DNA of 64,000 nucleotides from Botryllus schlosseri (Eukaryota): the NCBI GenBank assembly GCA_051294905.1, contig CM119385.1, forward strand, positions 19,468,001 to 19,532,000. The letters are read 5' to 3'. Position 1 is the stretch's first letter; each line of letters begins with the position of its first letter. Under the pieces are notes generated by a model, which worked only from the letters and a program-made list of their open reading frames with translations, made no database searches and was not told the DNA's origin. Of this stretch, positions 28,501-40,500 are shown piece after piece. Made by a program: the position numbers and the translations under genes.

Positions 28501-31500
28501 AATAACTTGTGTAGCTATATTTCTAATTCTAATCTAATATGGATAAACCGAAAATTTTCTATTTGTCCAACTCTGTCCTGCAGATGACGGTGAAAAGTTG
28601 GTTCTTACCTCTTTAACGCTTCGAATTCCACCTTACACGGTGGGAATATGACAGGGAAAAGTGGATTCCTAGATTCCACCACTTTCCCTCATTTTAGATT
28701 TACGAAGTGTAGTACACTGAATTCTGCGCACAATGCAGCGAAACGGGGCAGATTACTCGAAAATCCGGATCGCGTCATTCCGGGATTTACGAAATTCGAT
28801 TAGCATTAGAGCTGCCGAGAGATCGCTACTTTTCGTTATCCCCGACGCTTAAAGCGCCGCCTCTGATCGCCGCAAAAGCCAGTGATCCTCGAAACAAAAT
28901 TTACCAACTAGAAAATTTTCAGCTTTTCAAATTAGATCTGTACTAGGATGATAGCTTTCAGCTACACAGTTTTTATTCCAAATTGGATCATAATTGGAAT
29001 TAATTATTTCGCAAGAACTTGAAAATTGATTGAAATTCCTACTTGGAAAAAAATACTACAAAAATAGCAGATCACTGCGCACCAGATTTGCATCTTTCCC
29101 GACTGTATACAGATTTCCTGCAGCATTTTCAGGAGAATCAGTAATTAAAATTAGATCACAGAAACGTGTCGCAAATTAGATTAGAATTAGATCACCAGCA
29201 CTTCGCTCTTATCAGTGTAATTAGGCAACTAGAATTACTTAGTGTTCTAGTGTATAGCACGGGTTTTCAACCTTTTTTTAGGTCGCGGCCCATTTTTCGG
29301 CTTGAAAATGTTCTGTGGTCCATCTCTTACAGTAGACAAGAGTCTTGGTCCTGCTCAAAATAGGTCAGAAATAACTATCTTGTAATGTAATAGTAGCAAG
29401 ACATCATGCATCTGAAGACTGTCGGTAAACTGGGACGAGTGTGAATTGTAAGAGACGTTTCATTATCGGTCATCAGGAAAGCTTGACGCAGTAAAATTCG
29501 ACGATATGAATATATGTTTTTCGGGAATAATATGACTCATACAGCCTTATTCAAATTTCCAAATAGCTCTTGTGGCCCACTTCATGATGCTTCTGTGAAA
29601 AATTGTGGATTTAGTGGAAAGTTAGTAAGGCTTTATTTGTCGTATTATTCCCGCAAAAGTGGGCATGGCCCACCTGTTGAAAACCCCTGGTCTTATCTAT
29701 GATTATCTAGTTATCGAAGTCTGATTCAAAACCGTTTTTTTTTGCAGTGGAAGACCGCGACACGGAAGAGTCCAAGCTACGCATCGAGATCACTCAAGTC
29801 CCGGTTCACGGAAAGATACTCAAAAACGGCGTGCCCACGCGGCGGTTCACAATGGCCGACCTCGACGGGAACCTGATATCCTACGAGCACGACGGCTCCG
29901 AGACAGTGGGCGACTCGTTCTCGTTCACGGTCACAGACGGCACGCACCGCGACTTCTTCGTCTTCCCGGACACCGTCGACTCCACGGAACGACCGCAACG
30001 CATGGACATCGAAATCGTGCCCGTTGACAACGGTGTCCCGCAGTTGGTTATAAACCGCGGCGCGCAGACTGTCTCGGCGCTGGCCAGCGGGAAGCGAGGG
30101 TATAGGATTAGCAAAAAAGCACTGCGCGCGGACGACAGGGACTCTGACGTCAGCGCATTGAACTATGTGATCACAGAGCAGCCGGAAAACGGGCGGATAG
30201 TGAGAAAGCAGCAGGACACGACTGCGATATCGGAATTTACTCAAGGTATTGATACACCATGTTCCTTTGAATCCTCTAATATAGAGCCTCTTAATTTATC
30301 AACGAGATAAATTTCAGTTGAGAAAGGCTGTAAACCTCGAATGTAGTACAGAGCCATATTGGTTGCTGCATCGGTGACGTTGTGATAAACCCGCATAACG
30401 TTGTCACAAACTGGCGTTTTATTCTGTATGGTCGCATAAAAGGTGCATATCTGAACTTTGTACATCTTTCATACAGTTTTGACGTCATAATGAGTGAAAC
30501 TTAGAAGCCTAATATACTCGATTAAAAAATTACATCAGTTAGTCACTCGATATGCCCACCATCACCAGTTACATTTGTAAATATGTAGCACATCTCCTAT
30601 TATTATCGAATGCGAGGATGGTTAAAATTCCGTTCACCGTAATTTTCTATGCGGCCTTGCGTATCATTATTCACTTTACCAGACCAAATGCCGTTTCCAA
30701 GTCTATTATGTGACGGTGCGCCGTAAACAATGGTGGAATGTGCGTTTCATTTTCACGATAGGCCTAACTTCGTAAAGGATACCATCCGCCATAGGTGGGC
30801 GTGATCTAAAAAACAATGCGCGCTCTTTGTATGATTTATGATGTGTAGTTTGAAAGTATTTATATTTTGTGTCTGCGTCTCTACGGGGCGCGGGTTTAGG
30901 TCCATTACGGCGTGCGCTTTCTGGTGTGTCGGGCGCGGTCCGATATTCGTGGCGCTCGCTATACAAACCGCGGCGCGATCTTTACGGATATAACAACACG
31001 CACCCTGCGCTAGTGTTTAAGCGTAATGAGTAACCGATTCGGGCACAATGGGAGAGACTTACTGCTTCCGTACGTGGTTGTTGCAACAAAAGAGGCTTAC
31101 CGCCAGGTTGTTATGCTTTTTGATACTAATGTCCGCGCGATACTTGAAATGAGCCACCGAAATTCGGGGTCTCGCCGGCTTTTGGTATTTTTCCGGTGCG
31201 ATTTCTAGATCTTAATTCGGGAAAGTTGCTTTTTCTCACGGTTATAATGCCGCATTTATGCTCGGCGCCGGTTCACGATGAATAGTCAACATCAAGTGCG
31301 ACCCGTTTTTGCGTTACCATGATTTTAACTCAATTTCTATTGGGACCAGACTTGTAGTCGTAAAATTGTAACCATACAAGAATTGATGCAAAAATCCTAA
31401 ATAACGGGCCTGCATATTGCACTGAAAATAAAATTTACCTCGATTTACCGCGAAATGTCTGGAAGCAGGGTGGCCAGCCACTTGGCAGTAATCTAACATT

Positions 31501-34500
31501 ACCATCACTCAATGTAAATTTAACTTACACCCGTCCGGTAATCTAACTTTACACGCCGGACTGTAATGGTACAGTCACCTCTGGTATACTCAATCTACAT
31601 TCTCTTCTGTACATTACCGCCTTACCTACCTACCTACCCACAACCCTACATGCTGTCCTTGTAAATCAGATTACAGGCCAGCTTGTAAATTCACGTAGCC
31701 TACATCCATACCTATCCAAAGCAATGCGATGCCAAAATACCGCAAAAGTTTCCTCACGCTCTCAAGACGACATTGGGACAACTGTATATTCATTCATGAT
31801 TCACGATGAAAAAGTATTGCTGCTGGAGGTCTAATTCTTGTTTAGGAGGCATGCAAATATAGCACGAGTGGTCCCAAGAAAAGGTGAATTAATTCCACCG
31901 CCGCATAAACTTCCAATTGTTTCTTTTTCTCGTCTTCATTCCTTCTGTGTGACTAGTATCTTGCAGTTCCACTAAAAATAATTCATGCGTAAGTCGCTAT
32001 ACTAAGCTAAGTTGCTAACCTAGACATGACTTATAAAGACTAAGACAAATAGGCCAACAAAATAGAACAAGTTTTGAAGTACCGGTACTGGTACATTGTG
32101 AGTTGACGACTCCTCATTTGACATGATATGGCAGAGATTCATGACTTAAATGATCAATGTATAGAAAGAAAAAGTGCCTCATTTAATGCGGCATGTGAGC
32201 CAAACATATTCGAGCAGTGAATGAAAACACATCTAAGCTATGACCCGATAAATGTCAATAACACGCTAACAGTTTCAACTACTCTGCGGCAGAGTATGTG
32301 ATGTCGCAGGTCATTATACAAGTCGACTAATATCCCAAAATAGAACAGAGAATGGGGCGACTGAAATATTTAAATCATGAAACCAAAGTCATCCAGGTGG
32401 TGTGCACAGTCATAGATATTCACGGTAACTAATACTATACAGTACTGTACTTTTACGATGCGCATCCCATTCATCAATCCTGGGAATCTTCAACAATAGT
32501 CTCTACTTTCTTCAATCACAGGTCACAAGCTTTGCACCGTCAGCCTTTGCATGCTCAAAGCTCAATATTAATGGCCGACCAGTCGGCTCGACACGCAGAC
32601 GACTTTGAAATAAGTGATATTCATCCGCTCACATATGCCACCAATAATATTTACTGTCCACGTTATAATGTTCAATCTAGGTTGGTGTTTCATACAGAAA
32701 CATCTTTCAACACGTATAGTCCCGTTCTTTCTCATCTAATTTCGTATATATTGATATTTATTACTCCATGTGTGGTTCCCTACTTACTTACCTAACCGGA
32801 CGCTGCTTGTGATGTCACAGTTGCACGTTGGTTGTTTACTACGAATCTCAGAAAAACCTGCAACGCGTAACCTAAGGTAACTTATTATAGGTCGCCGTGT
32901 CCGCCATTAAGAAATAGTCAACTGAGCCTGCTGTGCTGATATTTCTAGGTTCAGGAAATGATGATATATCCTAAACTGATTTTTGTAACTCATCAGCCCT
33001 ATCTGTGACAACACATTTAACCGCCGAGACCGACCGTGTAGCCATAGCCTTATAATATAATGTCTTATGGTGTAACCACATTGCCAGCTGTTTCTTGCAC
33101 CCAACTATGCACTATACCGAAATTGGCACTAGGATCAACCAGTTCCGTGTGACCTAACCCTGTCTCGCGAACGAGGTTGAATCAGGTCAAATCGCAACGA
33201 CAATGACAACGCAGTGACATGCACTTCCACGTATACATTGGCTGCTGGGGCTTGGAAGCTAATCAATTTTGCCATTAGCTTGGTAAAATGCCGTAGCGAG
33301 TAACTGTCGGTAACCTTGCGAAGAAATTCTGGTAACTTGACTTAGCAGCTAAAGGAATTTAATATTACATATCAAATTGTAAAATGACAAGCTACACGCT
33401 GCTATTGGCTACGACCGGTAATTCGTTGTAAAATTTACAGAAATTTCTTTGTAAATCTACCAGATTTTTTTGTGTGTGGTTATCCTGTGACCTTGCAATG
33501 TCGCGAATCCCACTTCATTCATCCCAAGTTATGCGCGTGGCACGTCATTGGTTACTATACGGCATACGCGTTAATATATAATGGGTAATTTTATGACTTT
33601 TATAAATCCCCAATACACGTGAACATCTTGCACGGTACCTCGTGCTGTGCGCATACAATGTGAATCCATTCTCTGAGATTGGTTTTCATTGCGCCTGACA
33701 TACTAGCGGGGTTGGGGGTCAGTAAAGATCACGTCCAGTTTTCCGGTGTATATTCACTTAGGTTTTGCGTACTTTCACTATACTTACTAACGTTGTCATG
33801 TTTTAACTTCTTACACTTCTACTTAACAGTCTTTTAGCCAAAACTATACGCACTTTTTACAATTTGGATTTGGTGAAGTAGATAGTATGTTTGTATCACT
33901 GTTACGTTGAAATTGTTATAGAAACGAAACGATATGGCCGCTGTATAACGGTTACGGATCATATTTAGTGACATTGTACCTATTTGTAGTGTAATCGATC
34001 ATTTTGCGCCAGTCGCGTTCATGCACGCTGTAATTTCGAAGGAAATCACCACCAATTAACTGCTAAAACCACGCGACCAACCAACTACTTTTTGACACTG
34101 CTTACTTGCATACTTTTGCCACCTTCATTTTCTAGGTAGTTTTGACCACTGCTGCTTCAGATGGTTATGGTAGATTCACTGCACACGTTCACGCGCATCA
34201 AATCCATAGCGTATCCCACCCGCAATTACGCGCGTTTCTCCGTGTTTCCAACATGAAATTTCGGATTAATACACCCGATTATCTTACCGTAACCGCAATT
34301 CCACTCTTTGCGACCCCTCGCATTAAAGCCGTACACTTACCTCGCGATAATGCGCGACCCGCCAAGCGTCCAGTTTTGGCAATACTGTAATTACCGCGGA
34401 TTCGTGCCGGCGATGGCTGTGGCGGCTTTCCTGTTGCGTCTAGCGCCGTTTCGGACGACCGTCGATACTCCGTCTTTTACGTCACAATGCGGAGTCGTCC

Positions 34501-37500
34501 GTGAGAAGACAGGTGATTGATGGCGGGTAGGAATTTCTATCCTTTGTCGCGATGGCGACTCTAGTTATTACACTCAGATTCCTTATACTTAGTGTAGGCT
34601 TATACATCCGTGTGAGCTTATCGTTTCAAGGTTTACAGACCTTTGCGATGTAAGCCGGCGGAGTCGCTTGGAATGTGAGATAGAAATAGTGTGTATTTTT
34701 TATCCCGTTTAAGCAGAGGTGGTCAAAGTGGTCAGCTTTGTGCAAAATAGAAGTGTAAGTAATGTCCGAAACTTCTATTCATTTACAGAGGTGGCGACTG
34801 CCAATGCACCCCAAAACGACTCTAAGGTGAAGTTTAAATGAACCGAATGAAAAGTAGCCTACTCGAACTCGTAGTTTTAAAATGTGAATTCAGTTGAGGC
34901 CTCGCATAGTTTTAGTGGTAAATCAAGACTCACCTTTGCGACAACGCAAAATTACTGATATCGCCACATATGGAGCTAATTTCGGAGATATATTATATTA
35001 CCATGTTGAATTGGCTATACCCCCGGTTGTTATGATAATTTCACTCACAAAAGTTGAGTGAACTAACCCAAGAAACTCTTTCTACTTTGCAAAAGCACAA
35101 GTGTAACAACTAACAAGTAAGAAAATTTTGTAGGAGATTTGAGAATTGTTTGTTTTCACATTTATGTGACGTCACAGATTAATTGTGACGCAGGGTAAAG
35201 ATATGACTTTACAATGCCCAAGTCATCAATTTCAGGTTGAAAGCGCCGTCCGCCTTCTGGCCATATGCCTGGTTATTGAACATTCGCGACGGCGTGTAGA
35301 TTAATGTGGGCGAGATGTACACGCTATTAGCACCAATCTTCAGATTTCGAATATTATCACGCCACAACGAACTCGCGGTTACCACGGCAACGCCCTTGCT
35401 CGCGCGACCCTTGCCACACGCTTTCTGGATACGGCGCAGCGGTTTCCGTAATAACACGCTCTATTTTCGTGCACTTCTGTTTTCGAATGTGCCGAATTTT
35501 GGCACGGTCGCACGCATCGTACCATCGACCCATTCAGGCGCCGTGTTATCTTTCGGCGGTACCATTGTAGAAATACATTTTGCTCGCACGACACCCCGTG
35601 TTCTATACCTGGAGGTTTTTATTGGCTCTACGCTGGCCGTTGAATGATCGGATTGGGATAAGTCGAAAATTATACGCCGTACCCAGCTTGCAACATTATT
35701 GCAATGCGCGATCGGCACGAAGTAATAAAAACGCAAATGCAGGAACGCGTAAAAGTATTCCGATTCTTATCGTAACGTGATAATTTTCGACTCGTGTTAC
35801 TCATGCGATAAATATCAAATTTGCTAGTTTTAATGTACGAACGCATTTTGGGTTAGCCGTTAGCGGAATGCGATGTCGCGATGTTGAATATAATCGAACT
35901 TGGACAACTATAGATTATTCTAATTCTAGTTGCCGGTAATATAATTGCACTCGACTTTGTGAAATGTTGTTATGCTCTAATTCTATATCAAATATAATTT
36001 CCGATTCTCCTGAAAACACTACAGGAGAACTATATGATGCGTAATGGGCCAAGCTTGATGTGCAGACATTTGCCATTCTCATGCTAATGGGGCCAACTCT
36101 GATTCGATGTGAACTGTACGTGGTTTTGTTGTGTTTCGTTCCAATTCGGGAATTAATTCAATTTCCAAGTTTTAAGTAATTCTAATTCGGAACTCATTTG
36201 GAAAAAATGATTAGCTGTAATTCTAAGGTTCTTTGGAAAAGCTGAAAATCTTCTGGTTGCACAATTCTGAATGTGATACAATTTCCGTCATCATGCTCAC
36301 AGCATTCTTACAGTATCACCAGACCAGTACCTCAGTGGTCGTGTCATTTATTTTGCTCTGCTTGATAAAGGGGATGCGTATTTAAGATCATGTTCTGAAC
36401 TAGAGTTTGAGCACAGCATCAGTAAGCACTTGCGAACTCGCTGTTTTCGGATATAAATAAACTAACGGGGCTGTTTGAAATCAACCCCTGGTTCAAATGC
36501 GTGATGGATTGGGCTACTGAAAAAGTTTGCCTGATGATTGGAACAGAGAATAACTGTCCAGTCCATCGACCTTACAGTATAGGTATAACCACAATGTGAT
36601 AGAATTGGTTCATGAATTGTGTGCATGACTATCTTAAGACGATCCTGTGTGGAATGAAAGTCAATATGCTTATTGAAAAGCCTTACGCTTATCCTATTGG
36701 GATATGGCCGAGTCAATGTTTATAGTTTCTCCATGGCTTTAGTTAATACAGTGCTATTTTCTTAAGGATTACCTCTGTGTATAGTCTGTATTACAATTCA
36801 ACATCGCAAATGTGGAATGGGTCATGTCCAGCCTTTCAAACAACAAACAACCCACCACGGTAGCGCCTGTATTAATCCGCTTTGCTCTTTCCTAGGCGAC
36901 ATCGACAAAATGAACATCTACTACATTCTAAATCCCGGCAGCAACGCCACTGCGGACTCTTTCATCTTCAAGATTGTGGACTCAGGTACGGTGGTGTTTG
37001 TTTTACTGCCCCCATACTGTTTGCTTCGGGTGTTGGCTGTTTTACGGATTTACAGTTTATGTTATGTAGCCGGTGGCGGTGTCGGTGTCGGGCGGGATGG
37101 CCGGACTGCAAGTTTTCGGCATTAGTCAAGCCGCGCGCGATCCTTAAAATAATTTATGCGCCGCTATTAACGTCGATGGATTGCCTTGTAAAGTGGCGGC
37201 TGTAAAACATCTGTCGCGTGCTGCCGCGTTGTGTAGCGGAATAATTGCAATGACGACCCGCGGAACGCGACTTTCATACTGGCGAAATCGAATATTCGTG
37301 CCGGATATGTCGACCGAGACGACGAAGTGGCAAGTTTCTATATCGGTGGTTCCAAACCTTTACTATCCTGACAATGTAAAGTAAACACAATATGATTAGC
37401 CCAGTTGATTCGGTTCGAACCATCTGATATAATGATGTTCGAAACCTGATTCGATTCGCATGCTTGATTAGAATGAAAGATGAAGCGAAATAGTGATAAG

Positions 37501-40500
37501 CATTTCTCGGCCTTCACTGCAAACGAAAAATGTGCATTTCGCGCCGATGTCCTGATAGGCACCTTATAGGCTATGACGGAAATCAGATAAATACAACTTA
37601 TGTTCCACCCATGTATCTTCAAAGTAGTCATCAACTCTACACGGCATTGTATTGGGTTTTACATCAAACCATAATTACATGCAACCTAAATAAGTCGTTC
37701 AGTGTTCCTTTCAAAATGTCATGTAACTTTCTATGACGTCACATTTCGAAAATCCAAGTTTACCGTGCTAAAGCCTACGTACACACACCTTGTATTATGC
37801 TAGTGTCAAATGTATCGTTTCGCCTGACAGTATACCAGCACGTATCCAACTATAGAGAATGAAACCCGCGGAGTTATAAATTGCACAAGTCGTTTACGTC
37901 TTTATGCCCTTCTAACCTTATTATTGTTGTTGCCGCCGGTGACGATATGAAGTTTTATAGTAAACTTTAGACATTTATCTTGGAAATAACGGCGCTTTAT
38001 GAAATCGAGGACTTATTTCATTACTGCCGACGCGGGTTTGTTTACTTTTTAGAAACGTCAAATATTGGTTGTTGTGGTCACGGCATCAATTACTGTCCAA
38101 TCTTCCGTACTCGCTTATTGTATCATATTATTTTCTGGCATCGTGCATAATTCATTTCAAATGCCCCGTCGGTCCATGGTAGGGGCAGTGTTATCAGTAT
38201 TAACCAGGATTTGTCGATTATTCGAGTGGACGAATATGGGTTACGGAGATGTAGGGTTAAATTATAGAACTTCTGAATTGTCGCGTCTTCATTTCGTGTT
38301 AGGCGCCACAGTCGTAGGCGTATATTACCGACTTGTAAACATCCACGCGACAAGCGGATGCTTGTTAACCTCAGTCTCAAATACCAGCTATAATTCATTG
38401 TTTTGTGCAGTTATAGAGATACCTTGAATGTGCGTTTCCCAGTAAAGTGTCTCCAGGTGATTCATAGCTAACAAGGCCTCTATATCACAACTGTGGCGAA
38501 TCTAAAACTGTTAGTATAATAAAGGCGAATTGAACGATTCAGCCGAGAAGAAATTTAATCGCGTGCGATTAGTGATAATACCCAACGTTGATGTATTACA
38601 GATGCGTGCGTGTTGACTTTGTTGACATATTGATGGATGTGTGATAGATTGCTTTTACGTGTTCCGCGGCCAATTCCGGCGCCGATCGGCTCAGGCAGAC
38701 TCTTTGAGAGTGCTATGGAACATGACGTCACAATTGTTAAGTTTTTGTGCGAACGATATCAAAGTTTTGATGGACTGCGGACAATGGTTTTTTTGCTGTC
38801 GCACGCACTAAAAGTGTGAATTTTTGGCTTCAACGCGGTGTATTCCTTGGAAATTGACATCTCCGAATTTCTCACGCTAGTTCGCTATTATGTTACGGTG
38901 ATAGTGTTTCTATTATTGTCCCTAGCATACATCAAGTTATCGCTTGGGTCTAAGAATAGCTGCTGACTGACAGGTCTTGTTTGTATCATTATTACTGTAC
39001 TACATTGCGAAGCCTTGCTGAAATTCGTCACCACGTTAATTTGATATCCTAATCAACCGCTGACTACTTTGTATCGAAAACGAATGGGCTGTTTGGACAG
39101 CGGAGGAATAAACTATTTACGTAACGCGATAACCTTGTGCACATAAGGCCATTCGCATGTATTCTATGCCCCTTGTGGGCCGTCAAAGGGTCTGGTATAC
39201 ATCAATCGAACGAAGTTTGTATTTTGTAAGTTCTCATGTGTCGCCAAAACACATTGTATTGACAACCAACTAAAAGGTTTTCCGTGGTCTATGACGTATA
39301 TAGCAGTACTATATGTTCTCAAAACTATTCCAGTAACTGACTTATTCATACAACTATAGACTATACCTGGGATGGACACTGGAAAAACTACGACCAGCGA
39401 AAGCCTCAAGAAACATTGTAAAAATATTATTAGTATCCGTTTTAAAAATCAAATTTACTGTGGGTACTTTAATAAACGTTTTCTTAACATATTTCAGCAT
39501 GATAATGATAAGACATATTCTTACCAGTCTTTTTTATTTTATTGATGACTAGGTAGCCCAACCTCGCGGCCCATACATTTTTAAAGGTTTCAGTTGCTAA
39601 ACATCAAAGAAAGTGAAACGTGAATGACTTAATTCGGACCGTGAGTTTGATTTTAGATTAGCAACGCGAGCAAGTTTATTACTTTTAGTGCTGTACTTGG
39701 AAAAGCCGATTCGCCAGTGTTTTAGATAGATTCGTTCTTATATAGTCTCTGTAGAAGTATTTATATTTATAATATATATATATATATATTGCAAAAGCGT
39801 ATTTAAAAGTAACATGGTTCTGATGCTGTCAGTATTATGTGTCCCGGAGTTAACCAAAAGTACAATCAGCAAATCTATGAACAGATCGCTGTTCACAGAC
39901 TTTACATCCAGTTCTAAGAATCGGGACAACCGACTGTCATCCCAAATTTTGACAATGAGGACAACCAGCTTATAAATGCTCGGCAATGTTTCTGACGAGT
40001 GTACGTTATCATCAAATCAATGTTTGCTTTGTTTTAAATATACAAATACATGTATAATATTTCCATGTTTCGGTCATTATATAGTCAAATAACAATATTG
40101 GATTTTGGCTTAGTATCCCAATTTTATATAGTGCGGCCCGCGAGCTACAAAGTTTGCCCACCTCTGTACTATACGCTTCGCTTACCATAATGCATCTATT
40201 TACAATGAAGGAATTATGACTTTTCTACCCACATTACCAGTAATTGGTCAATGGACTGGTCACATGTGTAGAATATTGCGTACACCTTACTTGCAGTTTT
40301 AACTACCGGTACAGTGTACGTGTACAAGGTACATCTTGTCCTGATATAGTGAGCCATTGAAACGTCATGGAACAACAAATTCGCTGCGAGACGACGCATT
40401 GTCACTGTAATAATCCGCAGTAATTATCATTATAAGTGTGTAGTTATTCAACTTGATCCAACGCGGGCATGTTTTACAAGACATAAGCATAGGAAGGTGC

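Noticed and set aside
29777-30244. Antisense ORFs over exons (also 4066-4425, 12778-13107, 14457-14807, 18117-18469, 58310-58573)
   Set aside because: Shadow frames of GC-richer coding exons with no recognisable domains.
31418-33480. Remnants of palindromic GTAAA/TTTAC-type MITEs at ~31418-31700 and ~33300-33480
   Set aside because: Plausible, but ends and TSDs could not be defined well enough to annotate.
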